Of a DNA stretch of 64,000 bases, positions 21,643 through 31,228 are shown piece by piece. Source of the DNA: Candidatus Bathyarchaeota archaeon (GTDB lineage Archaea > Thermoproteota > Bathyarchaeia > Bathyarchaeales > Bathycorpusculaceae). Position 1 is the stretch's first letter. Each line of letters begins with the position of its first letter. Both the position numbers and the translations under genes were made by a program. The stretch lies in assembly GCA_963832745.1 (NCBI GenBank), contig CAWHVC010000002.1:64001-128000 (forward strand), given 5' to 3'. Under the pieces are notes generated by a model. The model searched no databases and was not told the origin of the DNA. It saw only the letters and a list, made by a program, of their open reading frames with translations.

Positions 21643-22122
21643 ATCTTTTCCACGCTTGGAAGACCTCTTAGTATCTTGTTTCTAATAGTTTTTTGGCTTT
21701 TAAGCGATATTGAAGCTGGGCTTCACTATAGGTAAGGCTCGATACAATGCCTGTTAGATGGGCTTGATTGTATTGAATGCTAACTTCCACACCTGCTTTT
21801 ATTCCTGTAATGGTTGATTTTTTAATTAAATAGGAGGAAATAGAAATAGGAATCATCGATAGTTGGTACAGCTTGAGTAACTGGCGTAAGGGAATAATTT
21901 CAATACTGACCGTTATGTGGTTTGCTTTCTCCGGAAGCATAATAATTTCGCTGCAGAACTCTCTTTTGTTTGTAGTATTGGGGCTTTGTTCCCTTTGGCT
22001 TTTGTTCATCGCTGTATCATATATTGTGACCAAATTGTTCACAGAAAGCTATTGAAAAGGAGCGGCCTTTTCTTAGCTCCCCATTTTTTCTGTTTTGACT
22101 CAAAAGTGTAATAGTTTGACTA

Positions 22123-22434
22123 GTAGAACAACAACAGTTGAATAATTTTGTTTGTTGTTGTTCTTTCGATTTAGCGGAAGAAGAAGGTTGCTGCAGGGGC
22201 GTTTCTTCTTCTTTCAGTTAATTGGTGCTTCTAATTTGATCGGTAGAACAACAACAATGCACTGCGATATGTTGTTGTTCTTTCAAACTTTGGCTGCTTA
22301 AGAGAAGAAGAAAAAGTTGGCAACTGCACGAGTGTTTTTTCTTTTTTTCAGTTGGTTTATTCTTTGAGGTGCCTTAAGTTGAAAGAAGAAGAACGGGCTT
22401 TTCTGTAGGAATTCAGCCGTTTTTCTTCTTCTAC
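22123..22434. repeat. array of five palindromic stem-loop units
   Basis: Arms AGAACAACAACA/TGTTGTTGTTCT and (A)GAAGAAGAA/TTCTTCTTCT around variable loops. Confidence 0.85.
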
Positions 22435-22447
22435 ATTAACTGCTTAA

Positions 22448-23212
22448 CTAAGCTGGCTTTTCTTGGTCTGCCTTTAAGTATTTCATCCACTCGACTAATG
22501 CCTTAGCCGTCTCTAGCTGCTCCCGAGTCAAATAATCCAAAAACTCATTTCGCTTCTTCCTTAATTCATAGTCGCTTTCAACTACATGCCAGATTTTTTC
22601 AAACGCGTTCCAACCCTTCTTGCCAACGGATTCCTTAACGTAATTGATAGGGCGGTTCATGTAGAAAAAGCCCAATACTAAATTGTCAAAGGCGTTTTTT
22701 CTCAAAGTTTCGTCTTCTAGGCGGAAGTTTACCCCAACGGTTGATAGGCTCACTAGGTTGTAATAGCCAACATTGTATTGGTATTCAACGTTTAGTGCTT
22801 GTAGTATCCGGTCGAATAGTTCCTGTTCGCAATTTGCAGAAGCGAATTTGTCCCATTTTTTAAAAACGAGCAGCATCTCTTCATGCGTTTTTGCTATTTC
22901 ACGCATTTCTGAAGCGTAAAACTTCACCGTACGGGACCTTAGGTAATAAAAAACCAAACCGTAGAAACTGAGCCTGTAAAGGCGCAGTTCTTTTCCTCTA
23001 GGCGAGGTGCGCTCTAGCCGAAAACTAACGAGCTTATTCTCGCTTAGTTCTGATATGGCGCGTAGGATTGTTGAGTAGTTTTTGCCTGTTTGCTTGGCGA
23101 TTTCTTCTACGCTTGATTCTTTGTGGATTGCCAGGTAAGCTAATGGTGTGAGTAGGGATTCCATCTTTTTACCCTGAGATTCATTATGCATAGTTGCGCC
23201 TCTATTGTGCAT
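22448..23212 (-). CDS. wHTH transcriptional regulator (repressor-like)
   Basis: SVEEIAKQTGKNYSTILRAISEL; divergent from the AbrB/integrase genes. Confidence 0.7.
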   Translation of the reverse strand: MHNRGATMHNESQGKKMESLLTPLAYLAIHKESSVEEIAKQTGKNYSTILRAISELSENKLVSFRLERTSPRGKELRLYRLSFYGLVFYYLRSRTVKFYASEMREIAKTHEEMLLVFKKWDKFASANCEQELFDRILQALNVEYQYNVGYYNLVSLSTVGVNFRLEDETLRKNAFDNLVLGFFYMNRPINYVKESVGKKGWNAFEKIWHVVESDYELRKKRNEFLDYLTREQLETAKALVEWMKYLKADQEKPA

Positions 23213-23272
23213 AAAAAATGTTAATATTGCATTTAAACATTATGCATGACAGCGCATAATGGAGAACCAAGC

Positions 23273-23464
23273 ATGCCCATAATTAGAAGCATCCTCAACC
23301 TTGGCAACAGCAAAGCAGTCACCATACCCAAATCATGGCTAGCAAACGCCGAAAACCAGACAGGAAAGAAAGGAATCGCTATAGCAATGGATGTCAACGA
23401 AAGCATAACTCTGCAACCAGTTTTTGAAAAAGAAACAAAACCATTACTGCAAAGCGTACCCTAA
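23273..23464 (+). CDS. AbrB/MazE/SpoVT-type DNA-binding protein
   Basis: MPIIRSILNLGNSKAVTIPKSWL, with a ggag RBS. Confidence 0.8.
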   Translation: MPIIRSILNLGNSKAVTIPKSWLANAENQTGKKGIAIAMDVNESITLQPVFEKETKPLLQSVP

Positions 23465-23483
23465 AAAAACGGTTAGAGAGGAA

Positions 23484-24743
23484 ATGGCTGGACTTATCGA
23501 TGAAACAATTGTTCCGGATGTAAACAACGGTAAGTCACCATCCGCTAGCGAAACCAACGCTGTTACTAATTGTCCACAATGCAAATCCCAAAAAGTATGG
23601 CGTGATGGTAACAGACAATATTATGGTCAAAAAATCCAACGCTGGATCTGCAGAGATTGTGGCCTACGATTCTCAGACCCAAACGAGCTACAGCAAGCAA
23701 AGAAAGCCGTTGAAATCCTTTCAACTGTTGATACGAAGTCATTAAAAACATTCGAGGACATAGTAGCTAAAGGCCAAATATGCGTCATGGAGACGAAAAA
23801 CTTGGCGGCAGAACCTCAAACAACCGAAGTTCTGCGGAGAAACGAAAACGACGTTAAAGGAAAAATCCTCGAATACATCTGGTGGTTGAAAAAGAACGGC
23901 TACAGCGAACAAACAATCCTCGGACGCTCAAAACTGCTCTTAGTCATGGTAAAACGCGGCGCAAACCTCTACGACCCTGAAACAATCAAAACAGTCATAG
24001 CCAAACAAACCTGGAGCAACGGCAGAAAAAACAACGCAGTAGACGCCTACAGCTCTTTTCTAAAAATGGCAGGCGGCAAATGGGACGCCCCACTATACCA
24101 ATGCATACGCAAACTACCCTTCATCCCCAAAGAAACAGAAATCGACCAGCTCATCGCAGGCTGCACCCAACGCATGGCAACCTTCCTACAGATGCTCAAA
24201 GAAACAGGCGCAAGATGCGGCGAAATCTGGCCACTAAAATGGGACGACATAGACTTCGAAAGCAAAGTCGTAAACATAACAGCCGAAAAACACAGCAACC
24301 CAAGAGTCGTACACCTAACCAACAAACTCCTAGAAATGCTCCAAGCTCTACCCAAAGACTACGGCAATAGAATCTTCTCTTTCCCTCACATGCCAGTAGA
24401 TCACTTCGGAACCCTCCTAGGCATGCAACGAAAACGATTAGCCAATAAGCTCCAAAACCCAAGACTACAAAAAATCCACTTCCACACCTTCCGCTACTGG
24501 AAAGGCACAATGACTTACCACGAAACCAAAGACCTGCTTTACACCATGCAAAAACTCGGACACAAAAGCTACAAAAACACACTGCTATACGTTCAACTTG
24601 AAGAAGCGTTATTCCAAGGCGAAACCAACTACGTCTCAAAAGTCGCTAAGAACGAGAAAGAAATCTGCAGTCTAATAGAAGCCGGCTTTGAATACATTAC
24701 TGAGTTTCAGGGCGCTAAAATCTTTAGAAAAAGGAAGCTTTAA
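23484..24743 (+). CDS. int: tyrosine integrase with N-terminal zinc ribbon
   Basis: TGARCGE, K, HTFRY, LGH, Y catalytic residues; CPQC...QRWICRDC; ends 57 bp from tRNA-Leu. Confidence 0.93.
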   Translation: MAGLIDETIVPDVNNGKSPSASETNAVTNCPQCKSQKVWRDGNRQYYGQKIQRWICRDCGLRFSDPNELQQAKKAVEILSTVDTKSLKTFEDIVAKGQICVMETKNLAAEPQTTEVLRRNENDVKGKILEYIWWLKKNGYSEQTILGRSKLLLVMVKRGANLYDPETIKTVIAKQTWSNGRKNNAVDAYSSFLKMAGGKWDAPLYQCIRKLPFIPKETEIDQLIAGCTQRMATFLQMLKETGARCGEIWPLKWDDIDFESKVVNITAEKHSNPRVVHLTNKLLEMLQALPKDYGNRIFSFPHMPVDHFGTLLGMQRKRLANKLQNPRLQKIHFHTFRYWKGTMTYHETKDLLYTMQKLGHKSYKNTLLYVQLEEALFQGETNYVSKVAKNEKEICSLIEAGFEYITEFQGAKIFRKRKL

Positions 24744-24800
24744 CATGATAAAAAACCGCCTAACATCGCCAGGAAAAACCCCCTGTAGTTTATTTATATA

Positions 24801-24888
24801 TGGTGCAGGGGGTGGGATTCGAACCCACGAACGCCTACGCGATAGGGTCCTAAGCCCTACTCCGTTGACCTGGCTTGGAGACCCCTGC
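24801..24888 (-). tRNA. tRNA-Leu(TAG)
   Basis: gcagggg...taggg-ct-TAG-ga-cccta, long variable arm, ttcgaatc, ...cccctgcacca. Confidence 0.95.
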
Positions 24889-25062
24889 AAACCCTATTTT
24901 CAGTTGAAGATGATGAGTATCCTTAATATTTGTTTATCTCCCCAAAGCGCTGAAAAACTGCAAACCATGCCGTGTCGGAACAGGTAGTTCAAAGTATTCC
25001 AAATCTGACTGAGGTATTTTAATAATTTATTTGGTAACTATTTGGTGTAGCGAGTTTTTATT

Positions 25063-26223
25063 GTGAAAAATAGTGAAAAAAGCGGACGCCATGCTCGCAT
25101 TCTAGTTGTTGACTCAGAAAAAAACAGCCTTAAAACCGCTTCTTCCCAACTGAAAACTAACGGTTACTTGGTGGACACTGCCGAAAACGCGTGCCAGGCA
25201 ATACAAAAAACCCTCCACACCCGCTTCAATCTCCTGCTCATCGCAGTAACGCTTCCAGATATGCCGGGCGCTAAACTGTTAACACGAATACACGAAACCT
25301 TTCCAAAAACAAGAAAAATCATGCTCACAAACTATCAAACACTCAAGGATGCAGTATACGCGGTTCAACTGGGCGCAGACGCCTATCTTGTAAAACCTTT
25401 TGACGAGGAAAAACTGCTTCACGTTGTTGAAACGCAGATTGAAAAGCAAAGACGTAACGTTGGACAGAAGAGCAGCAAAAGTGCAAACGTGCTTTTTCTT
25501 GGTGCACACCCTGATGATATTGAACTTGGATGCGGCGGCACTTTAATTAAGCATGTGCAGCGCGGGGACAACGTTTATGCTTTGATTTTTACAAACGGCG
25601 AAAGAGGTATTCCTGAAAATGTTTTAAAAGATGGAGTTGATAGGCAGCAGGAGAGTCTTCAAGCGCTTAAACTTGCCAATGTACCATTCTCTAACATATA
25701 TTTTCTGCAGTATCCTGACACAGAATTATGGCAGCATCGTCAAGATGTAATGAATACAATATCAAAATTTTGTGAAACCTTCCAAATACAACTTATTTAT
25801 ACTCACACTAACAAGGCACAACATCAGGACCACGTTACTATCTTTGATGAGACGATGCGGGGCGCAAAGAAAGCGTGGGGTATAATGGCTTATGAATCGC
25901 TTGGTGCTACAAACCCTTCTTTTTCCCCTAACATGTTTGTGGACGTAACGGATGTTATGGCCAAAAAAATTGCTATGCTAAACTATCATAAATCCCAAGT
26001 CTGCAAAAGCTACCTAAAAGTTGAATCAGTAGTGGCGCTTGCACAGTTCAGGTCTTCGCAGTCAGAAGAATTTCATTATGCCGAAGCTTTCGAAATAATC
26101 AAAATGACGCTACGTTCAGGTTTACGTAAAGAAGAGTTTTCCGTTAGGGACCTTTTAGAGTTAGCTTCAAGTGCATTTACACAAAAGAATGGTGAAGCTC
26201 CAATTCATGGTCTATCTTTTTAA
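25063..26223 (+). CDS. receiver domain fused to PIG-L/LmbE deacetylase
   Basis: ILVVD...LPDMPG...AYLVKP; FLGAHPDDIELGCGG, HQDH. Confidence 0.85.
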   Translation: MKNSEKSGRHARILVVDSEKNSLKTASSQLKTNGYLVDTAENACQAIQKTLHTRFNLLLIAVTLPDMPGAKLLTRIHETFPKTRKIMLTNYQTLKDAVYAVQLGADAYLVKPFDEEKLLHVVETQIEKQRRNVGQKSSKSANVLFLGAHPDDIELGCGGTLIKHVQRGDNVYALIFTNGERGIPENVLKDGVDRQQESLQALKLANVPFSNIYFLQYPDTELWQHRQDVMNTISKFCETFQIQLIYTHTNKAQHQDHVTIFDETMRGAKKAWGIMAYESLGATNPSFSPNMFVDVTDVMAKKIAMLNYHKSQVCKSYLKVESVVALAQFRSSQSEEFHYAEAFEIIKMTLRSGLRKEEFSVRDLLELASSAFTQKNGEAPIHGLSF

Positions 26224-26251
26224 AGATTAATTCTTTGGAGGCAAAAATAAA

Positions 26252-27202
26252 ATGAATATTTTGGTCACCGGCGCTGGCGGACCGGCTGGTGTGGGGACAA
26301 TTAAAGCGTTAGATGGAGCACATTTTGTTGTTGCTGTTGATTCCAATAATCTTGCCCCTGGACTTTATCTCGCCAATCAAGCCTACGTTGTTCCCTCAGC
26401 AGAAGATTCAATGTTTATTTCTAAAATTTTGGAAATCTGCGAAAAAGAACATGTTTCCATGGTGATTCCAACTGTTAGTGAAGAGTTGCTGCCTTTTTCA
26501 CGTAATTTAAAGCTGTTTGAGCAGAGAGGCGTTAAGGTAGCTGTTTCAAATCCTGATTCAATCGAGGTTGCCAATGATAAGTTGAAGACTTATAGTTTTT
26601 TTAGGGGTGAATCTTTCTGTCCTGAAGTATATTCTGAAGTTAACCCCAAGTTTCCTTGCGTAGTTAAACCAATCAATTCCCGAGGTTCAAGAGGCTTTTA
26701 CATTTGCGAAAACCATGACGATTTAAAAGTTGCATTAGAAAAGAATCACCGTGCAGGATACCACTCTGTTGTTATGGAACTTCTAAGAGGAACTGAATAC
26801 TCCATTTACGGCCTCTCTGACTTAAACGCTCAACCACTGGTTTGCGTTATAAACAAAAGAATCCGCGCTTTAGGCGAATCAAAAGTTGCAAAAATTGTTT
26901 TAAGCCCTGAACTTGAAGATTTAGCCAACGACATCGCAAGAAAACTCCAGTTGGTAGGGCCTTGGAACGTGCAGTTGATGGGTTACAACTGTTTTTTTAA
27001 ACTTGTTGAAGTTAACCCCCGAGTTGCGGGTTCTTTATCGTTAGTGGTTGCTTCGGGCTTAAACTTTGTTGATTTAATCTTAAAAATTTTTACTGGTGAA
27101 AAAATTGAGGCAAAAGAACTTCAATTCAAGCCTGGATTAATCATGACTCGGTATAATGAAGAGCTTTTTTTAAATCCTGATGCGGTTATGCATATTGCTT
27201 GA
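26252..27202 (+). CDS. ATP-grasp ligase (carbamoyl-phosphate synthase-like)
   Basis: ILVTGAGG, DKLKTY, VVKP..SRGSRG, EVNPR. Confidence 0.85.
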   Translation: MNILVTGAGGPAGVGTIKALDGAHFVVAVDSNNLAPGLYLANQAYVVPSAEDSMFISKILEICEKEHVSMVIPTVSEELLPFSRNLKLFEQRGVKVAVSNPDSIEVANDKLKTYSFFRGESFCPEVYSEVNPKFPCVVKPINSRGSRGFYICENHDDLKVALEKNHRAGYHSVVMELLRGTEYSIYGLSDLNAQPLVCVINKRIRALGESKVAKIVLSPELEDLANDIARKLQLVGPWNVQLMGYNCFFKLVEVNPRVAGSLSLVVASGLNFVDLILKIFTGEKIEAKELQFKPGLIMTRYNEELFLNPDAVMHIA

Positions 27203-28637
27203 ACTATTTTTAGGCGCCCTAATACTTGTCGGTTACATAGTGATAATTCTAATACTGGTACTGATGTTGTTAGCGCCCTTTAACAAACTTAGGTACCTGC
27301 ATGTTCATTTTGACGAAGACTACCGACCGACTTTTTCCTTAATCGTGTTAGCGTATAATGAAGAAAAAGTTATAGAAAGAACAATTCAGATGTTCCTAAA
27401 AACAGATTATCCGGATGACAAAAAAGAAATCATAATAGTAAACGATGGTTCAAAAGACAAAACAGGTGAAATTGCAGCAAAATACGCCTCAAAAATTATC
27501 CAAGCCGAAACCTGCAGCACTCAACTCACCTTTTCAAAAATTAAAAACGTCACTTTAGTAAATCGAAAAACTGGCGGAAAAGGAAAAGCTTACGTTGCCA
27601 ATGAGGGTAGAAAATATGCGTCTGGAGAAATACTGTTTTTCATCGATGCTGATGTCAGGCTTACTCAAAGTGTTTTCAAAAATGCGGCAAGGCATTTTAA
27701 AGACCAAAAAGTAGGTGCTGTCGCTGGATACGTGGATGTTTTTGAGAAAAACGAGATTCTTAACAAGTTTGTAGATTTTGAATCTGCAACTGCCCAAAAA
27801 ATTGTGCGCCTCGGCTACGACACAATGGGTATACATTATATTATTCCTGGTGGTTGTGCGATTTTTCGTAAAAGTGTCATTGAAGAGTTGGGTGGTTATC
27901 AGCATGATACTTTGGCTGAAGACACTGACATTACTTGGCGAATTTCAACCGAATCAAATGTAAATATTCATTTTGACCCTTCAATAGTTGTAGTTGCGGA
28001 TGAGCCTACAACTTTAACTGGTTTATGGCATCAAAGAGTTCGTTGGGCAAGAGGCAACTTCGCTGTAACCCTGAAACACAGGGGAAAAATAGGCAAACGG
28101 CGCTACCATAAAGCTGCAACCATCGGCTACCCTTTCTGGTTAAGCAACATAATTGCTCCTTTAACTTTCATTTTTGTCTCTATTGCGTTGATTCTTAACA
28201 GTTTATTTTATATCAATTCCGAGTTTATCTCTTCTTTTGGAAGATTTTTGACTTTTTCTTTTTTCTTTATTCTCGCCGCAGGCATAATTGTCAACAGGGG
28301 TAGGTCATGGTTTGGCGGTTTCATGGCGCCCGGCGTGCCTCTTCTACTTTATTTATTGTCTAACCTTTTTGACCAAGCAGGCATAGTTGGTATACTGGAC
28401 AATTTTGGCTACTTTTATTACGCGCGTTTGGTTGGTTACTTTTTTGCGTTTTGGCTGTTTTTTTCAGTAGCTGGCACTTGGGTTTCTCTAAAAATTTATC
28501 CGAAGCATCCGAGGGTAGCTACTTTTTTGCAGCTTGGCTTTTTCGGCTACTGGATACTGCTTGTGTCTGCAGTGTTATACGGTTACTATACAGAGTTAGC
28601 AAAGAAAGATATGATTTGGATAAGAACCGAACGGTGA
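27180..28637 (+). CDS. processive GT2 glycosyltransferase (PgaC/cellulose synthase-like)
   Basis: AYNEE, NDGSKD, IDAD, AEDTD, QRVRW, C-terminal TM helices. Confidence 0.9.
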   Translation: MRLCILLELFLGALILVGYIVIILILVLMLLAPFNKLRYLHVHFDEDYRPTFSLIVLAYNEEKVIERTIQMFLKTDYPDDKKEIIIVNDGSKDKTGEIAAKYASKIIQAETCSTQLTFSKIKNVTLVNRKTGGKGKAYVANEGRKYASGEILFFIDADVRLTQSVFKNAARHFKDQKVGAVAGYVDVFEKNEILNKFVDFESATAQKIVRLGYDTMGIHYIIPGGCAIFRKSVIEELGGYQHDTLAEDTDITWRISTESNVNIHFDPSIVVVADEPTTLTGLWHQRVRWARGNFAVTLKHRGKIGKRRYHKAATIGYPFWLSNIIAPLTFIFVSIALILNSLFYINSEFISSFGRFLTFSFFFILAAGIIVNRGRSWFGGFMAPGVPLLLYLLSNLFDQAGIVGILDNFGYFYYARLVGYFFAFWLFFSVAGTWVSLKIYPKHPRVATFLQLGFFGYWILLVSAVLYGYYTELAKKDMIWIRTER

Positions 28638-29221
28638 CAAAAATGGACGATTATCACATTCACACTAAAGCCACTGACGGCAAAGCCGCCCCTGCAGAAA
28701 TCATAAAACTTGCACGGCAACTCAACATGGACACAATTGCATTTACTGAACACATTTCAAAAACTCCCACATATGACTGGTTTGAACTAAGAGAAGCAAT
28801 ACTTAGCCTTGACTGGGCAGGCGTAAACGTGCTGGTCGGTATCGAAGCAAAAGTTCTTAACGAGTCAGGGGATTTGAACGTTGACCGTGACGTTTTTTCT
28901 TCTGCAGATTTGGTGCTTGGCGCCCTTCATGGCGAAGGCCGTGTAGAGTGGCTTTTAGAATCAGATTGTGACATAATTGCGCATCCACAAATAGATAGTG
29001 GCAATGCAGAGCGATTTATTGACTGCCCCAAAGTATTGGAAATAAATTCGAAGCACCAATTGCCTTTTGAGATTTTGGACAAACTTGTTTTGGATACAAG
29101 CAACGTTTTTTGTTTTGGCTCAGACACGCATGAAATAGGTGATTTTGTTGTTGCCCAAGACTATTTTGCGGCTGTGTTGGAACGGTACCCAAAAATAAGG
29201 CTATTTAAAGCAAAAAATTAA
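28634..29221 (+). CDS. PHP-family phosphoesterase
   Basis: DYHIHT..TDG, FTEH, GIEA, AHP, GSDTH. Confidence 0.88.
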   Translation: MTKMDDYHIHTKATDGKAAPAEIIKLARQLNMDTIAFTEHISKTPTYDWFELREAILSLDWAGVNVLVGIEAKVLNESGDLNVDRDVFSSADLVLGALHGEGRVEWLLESDCDIIAHPQIDSGNAERFIDCPKVLEINSKHQLPFEILDKLVLDTSNVFCFGSDTHEIGDFVVAQDYFAAVLERYPKIRLFKAKN

Positions 29222-29459
29222 GCTCAATCGTTAGAAGAAACCTGATGATTGCCTATTTACCGCTTATTTGGTTCCTAATAGGAATTGTATGCAGAAACTT
29301 ATAGAGGGTAGGCTGGTGACCAAAAATCAAACCAAAAAAAACATGTTGTATCCCTGCTTTGCTGTTTCTGTATGCATATTTTGCTTGCTTGAACGCGTGT
29401 TTTGACCGTAAGCATTTTATTGACAAGACGCATTGTTTCACGAAGAACAACACACGTGT

Positions 29460-29536
29460 GCCTTCGTAGCCTAGCCCGGTGGGGCGTTACCTTGGTAAGG
29501 TAATGGTCGCGGGTCCAAATCCCGCCGAAGGCTCCA
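29460..29536 (+). tRNA. tRNA-Thr(GGT)
   Basis: gccttcg...ttacc-tt-GGT-aa-ggtaa...gcgggtccaaatcccgc-cgaaggc-t-cca. Confidence 0.93.
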
Positions 29537-29752
29537 ACTTTGCCCTGAATTTTGAGTTTGAGCTTGTTTTGCGACTTGATTATTGTTGCAATATTCCGCA
29601 GCACTGTTGCAGTTTTCCGCAACGCCGAGCAAACCAGATTCTGCCCGCATTTTTTCTGCTTTGACTTTCAAGCGGTGACGCAATGAGCGTTGATAATTCG
29701 GACTGAAACTGGATGGATTTCGAAGAAATTCTTGTTCTGTTTTTGAAAGCAT
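29471..29752 (-). CDS. int(N): N-terminal part of the split integrase
   Basis: Reads antisense through the att (WSLRRDLDPRPLPYQG), the same peptide that begins ORF 54677..54907. Confidence 0.8.
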   Translation of the reverse strand: MLSKTEQEFLRNPSSFSPNYQRSLRHRLKVKAEKMRAESGLLGVAENCNSAAEYCNNNQVAKQAQTQNSGQSWSLRRDLDPRPLPYQGNAPPG

Positions 29753-29778
29753 AAAAAAAATTATGGGTTGAGCGATAT

Positions 29779-30360
29779 TTAATCGCCTCTACAGGTTTTC
29801 CGTTGGCGGTTAAGGCTTGCAGTCTTTAGGGGTAACTGTGTCTCTTCCGATATTTTGTAGAGAAATCCTTGTTGGAAATCAGTCAATGGCTCTTGGAACC
29901 AAACATTGTCCAAGCGGCAGTTCATAGTTTTGAGTACATTTAGTAGTAGGAATCGCATGTTTCCTTGAGATCTTGCATCTGGAACAGTGAAAAAGTCAAG
30001 GACAATATCCTTTTGTTGTTGAATACTTACAGCTATGTAAGCGACTGCCTGTTCACTTTGGATTAGCAGAAAAGCTCTAAGATTGTTCCACTTGTTTTTG
30101 TGCAGAACTGATTTGCGATATCTTTTGCAGGCTCTGGAGCTTTGTGAAATTCTCTCGCATATTCGTTTTTCAGCTTCTGTGCTATCTGAGGTTATTTGGA
30201 CAATCAGCCGACTTTGTTTTTGCAATATCGGCGTTGTGAATTTCGGATGGCAGTTGTCAATGTGCTTAACGTGTATGTCAGCCTTGAATTTCTTGAGGCA
30301 TTTTGGGCAGACAAAAGTGCAAATTGGTGGTTTGCATTCATAAAACTCGTCAGCGCTCAT
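29779..30360 (-). CDS. C2HC zinc finger plus GNAT-fold acetyltransferase
   Basis: FVCPKC-x11-H-x3-C; IVLDFFTVPDARSQGNM (motif A-like); WFQEPLT. Confidence 0.7.
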   Translation of the reverse strand: MSADEFYECKPPICTFVCPKCLKKFKADIHVKHIDNCHPKFTTPILQKQSRLIVQITSDSTEAEKRICERISQSSRACKRYRKSVLHKNKWNNLRAFLLIQSEQAVAYIAVSIQQQKDIVLDFFTVPDARSQGNMRFLLLNVLKTMNCRLDNVWFQEPLTDFQQGFLYKISEETQLPLKTASLNRQRKTCRGD

Positions 30361-30472
30361 ATCGATTCACCTTGGCAGCGGTAGTAAAGTTGAAAAATCG
30401 CCGTTCTTCGAAAAATCAATTAGCAAATAGGTTTTAATTTGGTATTGGGTGTCGTTGCTCATATAAAAAACC

Positions 30473-31228
30473 TCAGCAGATTCTGTAATTGAGGCCTGTT
30501 TTCTTGGACATTTTGTTCAGGAACTTTTCGCCTTGTTCGCTGATGGGCTCTTGGAACCAGACAGTTTCTAAGTTGTGACCCATGGCTTTGAGAGCAATTG
30601 GCAGCAGTATTCCCATGTTTCCGTGCTTTCGATGATTTGAGGCAGTGAACATGTCGGCAACAATGTCTTTGTGCCAGAGTCCAAACTCGTCTTGTTCTAA
30701 GGAGTTTACTCGGCCTATGACGATGTAGCTCGCAATTTCTTCGCGGTCGATGAGTAAATATACATGCAGATGCCACCCGTTTCGTATCCACTTATTTTTA
30801 CGGAGAACCGGGTGAGGGTATCTTTGGTCGATTGCTGAGCACTTCGAAAGTCTTTCGCAAATTAGTTTCTCAGTTTCTGGGCTTTGAGGTGTTACTTGCA
30901 CTATGAGCCGGCTTAGCTTTCGGAATACTGGTCGTGTGAATATTGGGTGGCAAGTGTCGACGTGATGGCTGTCAATGCCGTCTTTAAATTTTCTGAGGCA
31001 CTTCGGGCAAACGTATATGTCTGCTTTTAATCGCAAATAATTGTCGCATGCAATATGACGCCAGCCGGATGTGTTTATGCAAGGACCAGGCTCCTGTAAG
31101 TCATTTGATAAATCAGCATTATTAGTAATCTTTGATGCCTCCGAGAAGGGTAAATTTGTATTAACAATTTGTAAGAATAAGGGGAAAGAATATGTTAGCT
31201 CCCCCTGTTCTGGATGTGTAATAGTGGA
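30473..31228 (-). CDS. C2HC zinc finger plus GNAT-fold acetyltransferase (paralog); frame open upstream to 31228
   Basis: YVCPKC-x11-H-x3-C; VADMFTASNHRKHGNM; WFQEPISEQG. Confidence 0.7.
   Translation of the reverse strand, partial: STITHPEQGELTYSFPLFLQIVNTNLPFSEASKITNNADLSNDLQEPGPCINTSGWRHIACDNYLRLKADIYVCPKCLRKFKDGIDSHHVDTCHPIFTRPVFRKLSRLIVQVTPQSPETEKLICERLSKCSAIDQRYPHPVLRKNKWIRNGWHLHVYLLIDREEIASYIVIGRVNSLEQDEFGLWHKDIVADMFTASNHRKHGNMGILLPIALKAMGHNLETVWFQEPISEQGEKFLNKMSKKTGLNYRIC

Larger units (their letters stand above)
1262..24825. mobile_element. Integrated element 1 (~23.5 kb) at tRNA-Leu; defence island
   Basis: Direct att repeats, tyrosine integrase adjacent to the tRNA, defence-type cargo. 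Confidence 0.88.

Noticed and set aside
21668-22111. Overlapping ORFs on both strands
   Set aside because: Cannot tell which is real; no motif or clear start, although the + strand hydrophobic ORF 21873-22055 is plausible
22123-22434. CRISPR array
   Set aside because: Units are inverted-arm hairpins with irregular period, not identical direct repeats, and no cas genes are present
23568-23675. IS1-like insertion sequence
   Set aside because: The InsA-like zinc ribbon is in frame with the integrase; no transposase or terminal repeats
24047-24987. Several alternative ORFs over the integrase and tRNA-Leu
   Set aside because: Shadows of the A/C-skewed integrase gene and the tRNA
29242-29263. 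ctgatgattgcctatttaccgc resembles the core of the dispersed repeat
   Set aside because: Only ~22 nt with a gap and mismatches, no inverted arms, and outside element 2; may be chance
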